Positions 15,598 through 25,046 are shown, counted from the first letter of the stretch. The stretch: 50,556 bases of DNA from Candidatus Micrarchaeota archaeon (GCA_043806415.1 JAZDHB010000058.1:1-50556); one strand, 5' to 3'. Numbers and translations: made by a program. Notes: generated from the sequence alone by a model not told the origin.

Positions 15598-16914
15598 TCA
15601 GTAATACTGGGCATACCGGCCGTCTTTGCCGCGCCAGGGTTTGTTGTTCTTCTGCCTTTCCCTCTCCGCTGGGCCGTGCCAGCCGGCCCCGATGTCCTTG
15701 CGCTCCTTTCGGGTCATTTTGTTGTGCCGGACCACCTCGCGCAGGGTCTCTCGGGCCCGGTGACCATTAATCTGGATCTCAACAATGTCCCCGGACATCG
15801 CATTCTTGCGCTTTCTGATCGAGGCTTCCAGTTCGTCCAGCTGGCTCCTCTGTTTGCCTGAGACGCTGAGTTCTCGGGCCTTCGCGATGTCTTCCTGTGC
15901 CATGTCCAACTCGCCGGTCTGCAGGCGCAGGATGGCCCGATTGTAGTATCCCAGGTAATTGGGCCAGCGTCCCAGCACGAAATTCAAATCCTCCAGCGCT
16001 CGGTCCCAGCTTCTCATCCACACGAGTAGCCTCCCCCTGTTTTGGCGGGCATAGATCTGGTTCGGATCCAGCTCGATCGCTTTGTCGTATTCGTCCAATG
16101 CGAACGCATACTGGTGCAAATAAGAGTAAGCCCGGCCCCGTTCATTGTAATTCATGGCATTGGTCGGCTCAAGCCCGATAGCCCGGGTCTGAAGCTCAAT
16201 CGCTTTCCAGAACTGTTGCTGCTGCATGGCGATGCCGGCCAGATTGGCGGTTAAATAATGTTCCGTCTCTGGCTTCTTCCTGATGCATTCGTCCATGAGT
16301 CCGATCGCCTTCTCCATCCGGCCTGCCCAGGCGTAGGCGATGACGAATTCATAGTGCCCGAACGAGTACGTGTTGGCCAAATCCGGCCTCAATTCCGACG
16401 CCCGCTCGAAATACCCCACTGCGGCTTGGGCGGCGCGCCGGATGTTCGCTTCCCGGTGGCCGTGCTTGAATTTAAGCACGCCCATCATGTAATTCGCGAA
16501 AGCGTTAGATTCTTTCATCCGTAAGATCCCAAGAAACTCCTTTTCGGCCATATCGTAATTTCCCGTGCGGGTGTAAGTCATGGCCAGATACTCGCGGGCG
16601 GTGACGTTGTCCGGGTAGCGGCCGATGATTTTCAGAAGCAGCTCTTTGGCCTCTTCCATCCGTCCCATGCGGGTAAGCAGGGATGCCTTGTGGTTGAGGT
16701 ACTGGGGCTGGTCTGGTTGTTTTTCGATGACTCCTTCGAGCGTCTCCAGCGCCTTTCGGTAATCTCCCGCTTCCTCGAATTGGCGGACGGGGGCCATCTC
16801 TTCGGTGAACATGATGGCCGGAAAATAGTATAACTTGTGGTATTCGGCCGATTCAGAATCCAGTTCGGGGTTTTGCGGATTTTCTTCCCTGCCTGCTCTG
16901 TCTGGGGTTTCCAT
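15598..16914 (-). CDS. Tetratricopeptide-repeat protein
   Basis: 438 aa with many 34-aa TPR-like units (A..Y...G.Y..A...F...L...P). A TATA-like ATATATTTAAAC lies about 40 nt upstream on the minus strand. Confidence 0.7.
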   Translation of the reverse strand: METPDRAGREENPQNPELDSESAEYHKLYYFPAIMFTEEMAPVRQFEEAGDYRKALETLEGVIEKQPDQPQYLNHKASLLTRMGRMEEAKELLLKIIGRYPDNVTAREYLAMTYTRTGNYDMAEKEFLGILRMKESNAFANYMMGVLKFKHGHREANIRRAAQAAVGYFERASELRPDLANTYSFGHYEFVIAYAWAGRMEKAIGLMDECIRKKPETEHYLTANLAGIAMQQQQFWKAIELQTRAIGLEPTNAMNYNERGRAYSYLHQYAFALDEYDKAIELDPNQIYARQNRGRLLVWMRSWDRALEDLNFVLGRWPNYLGYYNRAILRLQTGELDMAQEDIAKARELSVSGKQRSQLDELEASIRKRKNAMSGDIVEIQINGHRARETLREVVRHNKMTRKERKDIGAGWHGPAERERQKNNKPWRGKDGRYAQYY

Positions 16915-17012
16915 ATGTGTCTAGATATGCGTGTTAAATAATGTTTAAATATATATGGTATGGCTTCGCCTGGCCCCGCCGGCCCGAAAAAACTTCCTAC
17001 CCATTTTTTCGC

Positions 17013-18203
17013 CTATTTGACCAGGCAGAGTTTTCTTCCCACCCGCTCGCACGCGCCCAAGGCAAAGTCCAGGTCCTCCTTGGAAAAGTCGGCCCTAATC
17101 TGCGTGCGCACGCGCGCCTTCCCCTGCGCCACCATCGGGAAGACAATCGGTATGGCGAACACGCCCTCGGAAAAGAACAGGCGCGAGAACTCATTGGCCT
17201 TGGCCGAGTCGCCGATCATGATCGGCGTGATGGGCGTGCCGGAGTTTCCGGTGTCAAATCCGAGGGCTTTCAATTTCTCCTTGAAGTATTTGGTGTTCTC
17301 CCATAATTTTCGCACCAGCGAATCGTCCTTCTCCAGCAGCTCCAGCGCGGCGATGCACGCGGCCGCCGTGGCGGGGGGCGCCGAGCCCGAGAGCAGGTAC
17401 GAGCGGGCTTTGTTGTGCAGGAATTCCTTGAGGGCGGTGCTTCCGGCGACGAATCCGCCCACCACACCGAACCCCTTGGAGAAGGTGCCCATCTCGCATT
17501 CCACCTTGCCCTCGAGCTTGAAGTGGTTGACGATCCCCCGGCCGTGCTCGCCCAGCACGCCGTCGCCGTGCGCGTCGTCCACGTAGATATAAGCGCCGTA
17601 GGCTTGCGCGATGCGCTGGATGCGGTCGAGGGGCGCGATGTCGCCGTCCATGGAGAACACGCCGTCGGAGATGATGAATATCTTCTTGTATTTGCTGGCC
17701 TTGGCGGCCGCCTCGAGCTTCACCGCCAGGTCGTCCATGTCGCCGTGCTTGTAGATCGCCTTTTCCGCCTTGCTCAGCCTCACGCCGTCGATGATGGAGC
17801 CGTGGTTGAGCTCGTCGGAAATGGCGAGGTCCCCGTCCTGGAGAAGCTGCGGCAGGCTGCCCTGGTTGGCGGCGAAGCCGGTCTGGAAATAATTGGCTCC
17901 TGCCGTGTGCTTGAAACGGGCGATCGTCTCCTCCAGGCGCACGTGCAGGTCCATGGTGCCCGAGATGGTGCGCACCGAGCCCGAGCCGGCGCCGTATTTC
18001 TTCACCGCCTCGATGGCGGCTTCCCGCAGGGCCGGGTGGTTGGAGAGGCCGAGGTAATTGTTGGTGCCCAGCATGAGCACTTTCTGGCCGTTCACGATCG
18101 TGTGCGCCGCGGAAGGCCCCTCGAGCTTGTACACTTTCCAGTCGAGTTCCTTGGCTTTGAGATCCTCGATCTGGGGCAGAAGGAAACTGTCTAATGTAGG
18201 CAT
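17013..18203 (-). CDS. kbl: Glycine C-acetyltransferase (2-amino-3-ketobutyrate CoA ligase) / 8-amino-7-oxononanoate synthase family
   Basis: 396 aa. LGTNNYLGLSNHP, ISDELNHGSIIDG, VDDAHGDGVLGEHGRG, and GTFSKGFG, which includes the PLP lysine. Confidence 0.85.
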   Translation of the reverse strand: MPTLDSFLLPQIEDLKAKELDWKVYKLEGPSAAHTIVNGQKVLMLGTNNYLGLSNHPALREAAIEAVKKYGAGSGSVRTISGTMDLHVRLEETIARFKHTAGANYFQTGFAANQGSLPQLLQDGDLAISDELNHGSIIDGVRLSKAEKAIYKHGDMDDLAVKLEAAAKASKYKKIFIISDGVFSMDGDIAPLDRIQRIAQAYGAYIYVDDAHGDGVLGEHGRGIVNHFKLEGKVECEMGTFSKGFGVVGGFVAGSTALKEFLHNKARSYLLSGSAPPATAAACIAALELLEKDDSLVRKLWENTKYFKEKLKALGFDTGNSGTPITPIMIGDSAKANEFSRLFFSEGVFAIPIVFPMVAQGKARVRTQIRADFSKEDLDFALGACERVGRKLCLVK

Positions 18204-18233
18204 AGGTTCACCGAATCATCTCTCGCAAGGGAA

Positions 18234-18242
18234 TTTTATAAA
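18234..18242 (-). promoter_or_regulatory. TATA box for kbl
   Basis: The minus strand reads TTTATAAAA, 31-39 nt upstream of the kbl ATG at 18201-18203. Confidence 0.4.
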
Positions 18243-18292
18243 CGCTTCGTAACAGACGCAAAAGATTACGACAGAAGGCGAAAAACGGTGGC

Positions 18293-18331
18293 CCGTGCAA
18301 TCCGGTCGAGTGACCGTGCAATCCGGCCGAG
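18293..18331 (+). promoter_or_regulatory. Tandem 18-nt direct repeat with 21-nt period in the divergent kbl / 18385 promoter region
   Basis: CCGTGCAATCCGGTCGAG (18293-18310), TGA, CCGTGCAATCCGGCCGAG (18314-18331). Identity is 17/18. Confidence 0.35.
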
Positions 18332-18384
18332 CGGAAACCCGCCCTTCCCGAAGCCTTCTTATTCTTCCCCTCCCAACTTCTTGC

Positions 18385-19191
18385 ATGAAGCACGTCCTGT
18401 CCTTCTCATCCGCCAGCGCGCGCCCGCGCCTCTCCCTGCGCGAAGACGGCCTGAACGAGGAGCTCGAGCTTTGCGGCGAGCATTACTTCTCCTTCTCGCC
18501 TTCCCGCGCCTGCATCGGCTACAAAGGCGACGGGGATTGGCATTCGTGCGCGAACCGGGCCATGAACGTGCGCCAGTGCCCGCAATGCCAGTACAAGGAC
18601 GTGGCAAGGGTCTATACAGTCGGCGATTTTTCCCTCTATCCTCATTTGCACGACACGCTCTCCGCCGAGAAATACATCATCTACCTGGCGCAGTTCGGCG
18701 CCGACATCACCAAGGTGGGGCTCACCCGCCGCTCGCGCCTGGACGCGCGCTGGCGCGAGCAGGGGGCCGATTTCGCCGCCGCCATCCTCGAATTCGACGG
18801 GCCGGACGACGCCTATCCGGCCGAGCAGCTGCTGCAGAATTCGCTGGACGTGGTGGGGGCGGTGCGCGGCACCCAGAAATTCAAGCGCCTCCATTTTGAG
18901 CGGGAGAAAGCCAAGGCCAAACTGGCCCGAGCCGTCCAGGCCATCCAGTCCGACGTGAAATTCGACTCCTATCGCGCCGAGTGCCAGATCACGGAATTGG
19001 CCGCGCATTACCCGGCCGTCTCCAATCCCGAGCCCGTGGATTTCGTGGGCGGCAGGATACTGGGCGCGAAGGGCGCCTGGCTTTTCTTCGAGGGCCCCTC
19101 CGGCCAGCACTACGGCGTGGACATGCATTCGCAGGTCGGGCATTTTGTCCAAGAGAAGGCGGAAGGTGGGATGGCGCAGCAGATATTGTGA
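18385..19191 (+). CDS. Hypothetical Cys-cluster protein, possibly DUF2797-like
   Basis: The ATG at 18385 lies inside ORF 18295..19191. A CxxC pair (CPQCQ) is followed by ITKVGLTRRSRLDARWREQGAD. The family assignment is from memory and is weak. Confidence 0.5.
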   Translation: MKHVLSFSSASARPRLSLREDGLNEELELCGEHYFSFSPSRACIGYKGDGDWHSCANRAMNVRQCPQCQYKDVARVYTVGDFSLYPHLHDTLSAEKYIIYLAQFGADITKVGLTRRSRLDARWREQGADFAAAILEFDGPDDAYPAEQLLQNSLDVVGAVRGTQKFKRLHFEREKAKAKLARAVQAIQSDVKFDSYRAECQITELAAHYPAVSNPEPVDFVGGRILGAKGAWLFFEGPSGQHYGVDMHSQVGHFVQEKAEGGMAQQIL

Positions 19192-19239
19192 GGCAAGTTT
19201 ATGGGTATGACTATTTTAAACTTTCTTTCCTATAAAGTT

Positions 19240-19262
19240 ATACTAAAAAGGTGTTTTAGTAT
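19240..19262 (+). promoter_or_regulatory. Perfect 9-bp inverted repeat enclosing the SD and start codon of vapB
   Basis: ATACTAAAA (19240-19248), AGGTG, TTTTAGTAT (19254-19262). The ATG is at 19261. Confidence 0.5.
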
Positions 19263-19518
19263 GGCTCATCTCTATGAAAAAGGGCAGCTTGTCATTCCAA
19301 AATACTTCCGCGACCTGCTGGGGTGGGGCAAATCGACCGAGGTCGTATTCAGGTTGGAAAATGCCAGGCTCGTTGTCGAGAAGAAAGAATCCCTTTCAGA
19401 CTATCTGGAAGCATTCGCCAAAAGGCACGGTGCCGATTTGAAAGGCAAGGTCGATTTCGATGATGAAGCGGATGAGGACCGGGAGGAAGAGGCGAAATAC
19501 CGCCGGATGGGGATATGA
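19261..19518 (+). CDS. vapB: AbrB/MazE/SpoVT-fold antitoxin (VapB-like)
   Basis: MAHLYEKGQLVIPKYFRDLLGW is the swapped-hairpin AbrB-type motif. The tail is acidic, and the stop overlaps the PIN gene start. Confidence 0.7.
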   Translation: MAHLYEKGQLVIPKYFRDLLGWGKSTEVVFRLENARLVVEKKESLSDYLEAFAKRHGADLKGKVDFDDEADEDREEEAKYRRMGI

Positions 19519-19913
19519 TGTTCATCGACGCCAACATATTCATCCTGGCGGCGCTTGGACAGACCGACCGTGCAGTCCGGTGCAGGCGCTTTCTTGAGCG
19601 GGTAGAGCGCGCGGAACAGCCAGCCATGACCTCGGTGCTTGTTTTGGCGGAAGTGCTCAAAGTCCTCAACCGGAGGCTCAAAAGCCGCCCGGAATCAGCA
19701 TCGTTTGTGCAGCACCTCATGGCTTCTCCAAACCTGAAAGTCTGCGGCATCGAGCGCCTGGAATTCGAAGAGAGCATCTTTTTCTTCTCGCAAGGGCTCA
19801 ATCCCAACGATTCGCTGCACGCGGCAACAATGCGCGCCCATGGTCTTTCTGAGGTTCTGTCCTTTGATGTCGACTTCGAGCGGATTGAAGGAATCAGGCG
19901 CGTCGAACCATGA
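19515..19913 (+). CDS. vapC: PIN-domain ribonuclease toxin (VapC)
   Basis: 132 aa. MFIDANIFI provides the first acidic residue, LAEV the second, NDSLHAA the third, and SFDVDF the fourth, in PIN order. Confidence 0.8.
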   Translation: MMFIDANIFILAALGQTDRAVRCRRFLERVERAEQPAMTSVLVLAEVLKVLNRRLKSRPESASFVQHLMASPNLKVCGIERLEFEESIFFFSQGLNPNDSLHAATMRAHGLSEVLSFDVDFERIEGIRRVEP

Positions 19914-19919
19914 GCAGTT

Positions 19920-20441
19920 TCATTCCCCTTTCCATTCTTTTTCCTTCACGCCCGCCTTCATGTTCTCGAATCTCGCGCGCGCGAAGAAATAGCTTGAGAG
20001 CCTGTTGAGGTACGCGAGCACCGGAGCCAAATCGTCCCTCCCGAGCGTCTGAACCCTTCTTTCCGCCCGCCGGCAGACGGCGCGCGCGAGGTGCAGCCGC
20101 GCGGCTATCTCGCTGCCCCCCGGCAATATGAAATGCCCAAGCTCGGGGAGCTTCTCGTCCATCTTGTCTATCCAGCCTTCCAGCCGTTTCAGTTTCTCCC
20201 CGAATCCGGGCGCTTTTTGCGCCAACGCAGCATTGCTTATGAGCGCGCCGGCCCCGAACAAATCGGCCTGTATCCGCCCCAGCTCATCGTCATCTCCGGC
20301 CTGTGCCTTGGCGATGCCGATGGCGGAGGACAGCTCGTCCAGCGAGCCGATGGCATAGAAAACGGCATCGCTCTTGGGCCTGCACTCGCCGTTTCCGAGA
20401 GTCGTCTGCCCGCCGTCGCCCTTGCCAGTGTATGATTTCAT
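19920..20441 (-). CDS. PduO-type ATP:cob(I)alamin adenosyltransferase
   Basis: The ATG at 20441 gives MKSYTGKGDGGQTTL. Also LDELSS.IG and FILPGGS..AA.LHLAR.VCRRAER, with GGAGG 6 nt upstream. Confidence 0.85.
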   Translation of the reverse strand: MKSYTGKGDGGQTTLGNGECRPKSDAVFYAIGSLDELSSAIGIAKAQAGDDDELGRIQADLFGAGALISNAALAQKAPGFGEKLKRLEGWIDKMDEKLPELGHFILPGGSEIAARLHLARAVCRRAERRVQTLGRDDLAPVLAYLNRLSSYFFARARFENMKAGVKEKEWKGE

Positions 20442-20480
20442 GTTTCCTCCTTTGGCAAGGGCCGAATTTAAGCGTATACA

Positions 20481-20613
20481 GTGCCCCCGCAAACTACAGT
20501 GGCCTGCGGGCCACTTACCGACAAGTCTGTTGTCGGACATGCGGGGCCACTTAATAGGCAACCACGGTGAATTGCCAACGCCAGAGAGTCGCAAAATTTT
20601 CGCGGTTGCCTAT
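20481..20613 (+). repeat. Degenerate relative of the hairpin-mosaic elements, lying between two divergent TATA boxes
   Basis: Hairpins AGTGGCC-TGCG-GGCCACT (20498-20515) and CCGACAA-GTCTG-TTGTCGG (20518-20536) are enclosed by GTGCCCCCGCA / TGCGGGGCCAC (20481-20491 / 20540-20550, one mismatch). A second domain is closed by ATAGGCAACC / GGTTGCCTAT (20554-20563 / 20604-20613). Confidence 0.45.
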
Positions 20614-20651
20614 AGTATGGCTTTTAATCCTCTTTCCTCCCTCTTCCTTCG

Positions 20652-21110
<459 letters not shown>

Positions 21111-21179
21111 TAATCGGCATCTAAAAACGATCATCCGATCGAGCACTTCCCACATATCATATCATTTCGAGGCAATCTC

Positions 21180-22223
21180 ATGTCCGGTTCCATTTTCCGT
21201 TTCCCCCGCATCGAGCCCGTGCTCTCCATCGCGCTGATGTTCGCCCTCACGCAAATCCTGGCCGTTTGGGCCGGCCTCTCGCTCCTGGAAGCGGCCAAGA
21301 GCGACGTCAACGTCCAGCTCATCAACGTGGCGCCCACCGGGAATCCGGCCGACCCGCTCAACGCGCTCTTCTTCATCATCTACATCGTCGTGGGCGCCGG
21401 CGCGGCCCTTTTCGCCATCCGTTTCTTCAAGCACAAGCTCACCTTCCGGGTGCTGGAGGTGGCCGTGCTCCTGGGCTCCGTGTCCATATTCTTCTTCGCC
21501 GTCGCGTATCCCCTTCTGGGCCGGGATTTTACGCTCTCGATGGGCGCCGCCTCGCTCCTGGGCGTCCTGTTCGCGGCATCCAAATTCCTCCTGCCCTCGC
21601 TCAAGAACCCGGCCGCCATCCTCTCCTCGGCCGGCGTGGGCGCGCTGTTCGGCTTCTCGCTCTCCTTCTGGCCCGCCCTGCTCTTCGTCGGGGCCATCTC
21701 GCTCTATGATTACATCGCCGTGTTCCGCACGCGCCACATGCTGGTGCTGGCCCAGAACCTCGGCAGCAAGGACCTCGCCTTCACCATCACGGCACAATCG
21801 CAGGAAGATAATGCAAAAGAAGCCGATATCAAAAAAGAAAGCTCGAGGACCGAAAGCCGCCCAAGAAGCTCCATCTCGTCCTCGCCTTCGAGTATCGCGG
21901 ATCCATACGCGCCGGCCTCTCCTCCCGTCTTCTCATCCGCCCCGCCCCGTCCGGCTCCGGAGAAAAAACAGGCGAGCGCGGCGAACATGGTGGAGCGCCT
22001 CGATCTGGGTTCGGGCGATTTGGCCATCCCCGCGATGCTCGCCGTCTCCGCCTATTCCCTCGCCGGCCTGCCCGGCTCGATCGCCGTCGCCGTCGGCAGC
22101 ACGATCTCCTTGTACGTCCTGCTCCATTTCGTGGTGAAGAATAGGGTGGTGCTGCCCGCATTGCCGCCCATCTGCCTGGGCGGCGTGCTGGCGCTGATCG
22201 TGGTACTGGTCGCCGGGGCATAA
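21180..22223 (+). CDS. Presenilin / signal-peptide-peptidase family (A22) intramembrane aspartyl protease homologue
   Basis: 347 aa and polytopic. The catalytic motifs are LYDYIAVF (YD) and LGSGDLAIP (GxGD), followed by LPALPP (PAL). A Ser/Pro-rich loop lies between them. Confidence 0.8.
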   Translation: MSGSIFRFPRIEPVLSIALMFALTQILAVWAGLSLLEAAKSDVNVQLINVAPTGNPADPLNALFFIIYIVVGAGAALFAIRFFKHKLTFRVLEVAVLLGSVSIFFFAVAYPLLGRDFTLSMGAASLLGVLFAASKFLLPSLKNPAAILSSAGVGALFGFSLSFWPALLFVGAISLYDYIAVFRTRHMLVLAQNLGSKDLAFTITAQSQEDNAKEADIKKESSRTESRPRSSISSSPSSIADPYAPASPPVFSSAPPRPAPEKKQASAANMVERLDLGSGDLAIPAMLAVSAYSLAGLPGSIAVAVGSTISLYVLLHFVVKNRVVLPALPPICLGGVLALIVVLVAGA

Positions 22224-22231
22224 GACGGACT

Positions 22232-22948
22232 TCAGTTCAGGTAGATCCACATCGGGTCCAGGTTAGCCGGCATCTGCTCCAGGGCAATAATCGCGTTCAG
22301 CAGATGCAAGTCATCCACTACGACCTGGAATTCGGGCGTCTTGGCGTGCTTGGACATCTGAGGATCGGTCGAATAATCATGCACATGCAAGACGAGGTAG
22401 TGGAGTGTGGCCTGGGCCTTGTCTATGCGTCCGTTGGAGAGCCAGAGGCGGATCGCGCTCTCGAGCCGGATAAAATTTTCCACGGCCTGCACATGGCCGC
22501 CTGTTTTCGGGCCCGAGATGCCAAATCGCGCCTCACGGCAAAAATATGCGGCGATGCGATTGACGTCTTGGGGCGAGAGGTAGTATGCAAGCGAATCCTG
22601 CTCGAGGCGTTTGGCATGCTCGCGCGCCTCAAGCGAGAAGTTCTTCAGGCGGATTGTCAGTCCCAGCGACTGCATGATGTACCCAACCGTTTCCATCCGG
22701 CCCTTGTGCGCGCAGGTGCCTGCCAAGTTCTCCAATTCATCGATCATGGGTTTGAGGTTTTTCCAGTCCTTGACCAGATCGGGGCATCGGGTATATATTG
22801 TCTTTATGGCCGTATGCCAGTATCCGACGTTCGTCGGTTCTGACTTCAGGTTGGCTATGTCTGCATATATGTAGAGCCGCTGGCCGCCTACTGCCGAGGG
22901 GTTAAACTGCTGTTTGTTGCTCGTCTGTTCATATCCCATAAAAAACAC
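22232..22948 (-). CDS. Hypothetical protein
   Basis: 238 aa ORF with normal composition and lower GC than its neighbours. A TATA-like GTTATAAAGAAT lies 20-30 nt upstream. No family recognised. An alternative ATG lies at 22939. Confidence 0.5.
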   Translation of the reverse strand: MFFMGYEQTSNKQQFNPSAVGGQRLYIYADIANLKSEPTNVGYWHTAIKTIYTRCPDLVKDWKNLKPMIDELENLAGTCAHKGRMETVGYIMQSLGLTIRLKNFSLEAREHAKRLEQDSLAYYLSPQDVNRIAAYFCREARFGISGPKTGGHVQAVENFIRLESAIRLWLSNGRIDKAQATLHYLVLHVHDYSTDPQMSKHAKTPEFQVVVDDLHLLNAIIALEQMPANLDPMWIYLN

Positions 22949-23078
22949 TACATTACATTAAGTAAAACATTCTTTATAACCTTTTCGTCCGTTCCTTTCC
23001 CTATTACTCGGAGGTTATTCTTAAATCCTGCTCCAAGGCATGGCGTAAGGAAAGGGGATAAAACAAAAGTTAGGGGTT

Positions 23079-23104
23079 GAAAAAAAGTAAGTGAAAGAAA
23101 AAAG
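23079..23104 (-). terminator. Oligo-T tracts after the ribosomal stalk operon
   Basis: The minus strand reads CTCTTTTTTCTTTCACTTACTTTTTTTC, 20-45 nt after the P1 stop at 23124. Confidence 0.45.
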
Positions 23105-23123
23105 AGGGGTTGTTCGGACGATT

Positions 23124-23438
23124 CTATCCGAACAGGGAAGCCAGGCCCTCGGCCGCGGCTTCCTCCTTCTTGCCTTCGTCCTCTTTCTTATCTTCCTTCT
23201 TGGCTTCTCCCGCCGCCGCGGCCGGCGCTGCCGCCACCGCGACCGGGGCCGTCGCCGCCTTGAGCACGTCCTCGAAGTTCACTCCCTTGAGCGCTTCGGC
23301 GAGCACTTTGGCGCGGGCCGAATCCGCCTCCACTCCGGCGGACTTGACCACCGAGACGATGCTGGACTCGGAGATTTCCTTGCCTGCGCCGTGAAGGAGC
23401 AGAGCCGCGTGCAAATATGGGTCAATTTTCATTTTCAC
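23124..23438 (-). CDS. rpl12: Ribosomal stalk protein P1 (aL12)
   Basis: 104 aa. YLHAALLLHGAGKEISE, an Ala/Pro hinge, then an acidic tail ending EEAAAEGLASLFG. GAGGAGGT lies upstream of the ATG. Confidence 0.9.
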   Translation of the reverse strand: MKMKIDPYLHAALLLHGAGKEISESSIVSVVKSAGVEADSARAKVLAEALKGVNFEDVLKAATAPVAVAAAPAAAAGEAKKEDKKEDEGKKEEAAAEGLASLFG

Positions 23439-23479
23439 AACCTCCTCTTAATCATCAATTTCTCATATCTGATATCTTC

Positions 23480-24388
23480 TTATGAACTCTTGGCTTCTGT
23501 GCTTGCCCCGGCCTTGCCCTCGAGGGCGTTCTGCAGACGGATAGCCGATGCGAGAAGCGACTCCATGTAGGCGGGGGAGTACGCACCGCTCTCCGATGCC
23601 AGCGCACGGGCCTGGGCCAGCGCGCCGGACAGCAGTTGAACCCTGTTATCTTCGGTGGGGTAAGCGCAATGGATGGACATGTTGTATGCGAGGCCGATTG
23701 AGCACGCGAGGTCGGACTGGAGTGTCTCCTCGTCGATGTCCAGGATCTGGGCCTCGAACAGCCTTCCTTCCTCCTCGGCTGCGACCATGGTCAGGCCGGC
23801 CATGAAAGGCAGGACATTGAGTTTCTGCAAAGCTTTGCAGACCGCGTCCGGGATCTTGGTGCCCGCTTTGGCGACCACCGAATCCTTGGCGACCACGATC
23901 TTGCCGGCTTTGATCTGGGCATTGATGCCCGCGCCCTTCAGTTCCGAGAGGGCCGGTCCGGGCGGCAAATCGGTCTCGCCTTCTTTCACGATGATATCCA
24001 CATCCGCGATCTGGCCGGGTTTGGCGGCCACTTTGGCGCGGGTGAGCTTGAAATGCCTGAACAGTCCGTATGCCGTCAGGTCGGTGAGCACGAGCACGGA
24101 CGGCACGCGGATCCGGTCCGCGAGGCCCTTGCCTTTCGGGCTCATCTCCAGCGAGCGGTGCAGCACCGAATTCTTGGCCATGAGGAACACGGCCTTGCCG
24201 CGCAACTGCTTGCGCGCCGCCTGCAGGAGGCGGTCCGGCAGGGCGCGCACATCGATGAGCGCGACGGTCTTGGCGCCCTTGATGGCCTGGGCGATCTTCT
24301 CGACCTGGGCCTGTTTGCGCACGAGCGCCGGCCGGATTTTCTTGGCCTGCGAGCGTCTGGATCCTTTCATCTTGGTCATAATCATCAA
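23480..24388 (-). CDS. rpl10: Ribosomal protein uL10 (P0)
   Basis: 302 aa. Its position between L1 and P1, and VALIDVRALPDRLLQAARKQLRG...FLMAKNSV, fit uL10. It ends ...EGKAGASTEAKSS without a P1-like tail. Confidence 0.85.
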   Translation of the reverse strand: MMIMTKMKGSRRSQAKKIRPALVRKQAQVEKIAQAIKGAKTVALIDVRALPDRLLQAARKQLRGKAVFLMAKNSVLHRSLEMSPKGKGLADRIRVPSVLVLTDLTAYGLFRHFKLTRAKVAAKPGQIADVDIIVKEGETDLPPGPALSELKGAGINAQIKAGKIVVAKDSVVAKAGTKIPDAVCKALQKLNVLPFMAGLTMVAAEEEGRLFEAQILDIDEETLQSDLACSIGLAYNMSIHCAYPTEDNRVQLLSGALAQARALASESGAYSPAYMESLLASAIRLQNALEGKAGASTEAKSS

Positions 24389-24395
24389 CCCGTGC

Positions 24396-25046
24396 CTACT
24401 GGCTGTTAGCGCCCGACCCGCCCACTCTCACCGCAGGGCCCATGCTCAATTTGACATAGACCTTGTCGATGCAGGCTTCGCCGACCTTTCCCTTGACTTT
24501 CTCGTGCACGGCCTCGAAATTCTCTTCCAGATCCGGCACGCTCATGCTCTCGACGCCGATGGCGCACTGCACCGTAGGCAGGTATTTCCCCCGGCTGGCG
24601 AGGCGCACCCGGTTCTTGGCCATCTGGATGGCTTCCGCGACGTTGCCCACGATCGGGCGGGGCATGCGGTTGTGCGCGCCCAGCATCTGGCCCAGGTTCT
24701 TGCCGACCAGCACCATCATGTTGGGCGCGGCGATGAACTCGGCCTCTTTGGCGAGCTTCTTCGTGCCCTTCTTGTCCTGTGCCATCTTGGGGATGCCTGC
24801 GGTGTCCACCACTTTCGCGCCGGCCTTGTTGCCCTCGAGGGCCACGGCCTGCTCGCCGAACACGACCACGGGCACGTCCTTTCCCCGGCCCTTGGGCAGG
24901 CTGACGTCCAGGTTCAGGCGGTTCTCCGGCTTGGCCGTGTCAATGCCTTTGAAGTTGAAGATCACGTCGACGGATTGGGCGAACTTGCGTTTGCCCTTGC
25001 CTTCGAGCGCCTTGGTTAGTGCATTTTCGATGTCCTGTTTGTTCAT
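24396..25046 (-). CDS. rpl1: Ribosomal protein uL1
   Basis: The ATG at 25046 gives MNKQDIENALTKAL. Also KRKFAQSVDVIFNFKGID..., LPKGRGK, and FIAAPNMMVLVGKNLGQMLG. GGAGGGAG lies upstream. Confidence 0.9.
   Translation of the reverse strand: MNKQDIENALTKALEGKGKRKFAQSVDVIFNFKGIDTAKPENRLNLDVSLPKGRGKDVPVVVFGEQAVALEGNKAGAKVVDTAGIPKMAQDKKGTKKLAKEAEFIAAPNMMVLVGKNLGQMLGAHNRMPRPIVGNVAEAIQMAKNRVRLASRGKYLPTVQCAIGVESMSVPDLEENFEAVHEKVKGKVGEACIDKVYVKLSMGPAVRVGGSGANSQ

Noticed and set aside
20442-20651. Possible SRP RNA, RNase P RNA or C/D-box sRNA in the structured divergent spacer
   Set aside because: I could not find the conserved RNase P or SRP motifs, nor C (RUGAUGA) and D (CUGA) box pairs. TATA boxes on both sides suggest most of the region is untranscribed.
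23673-25019. 448-aa plus-strand ORF
   Set aside because: It is antisense to the uL10 and uL1 genes, which are unambiguous.
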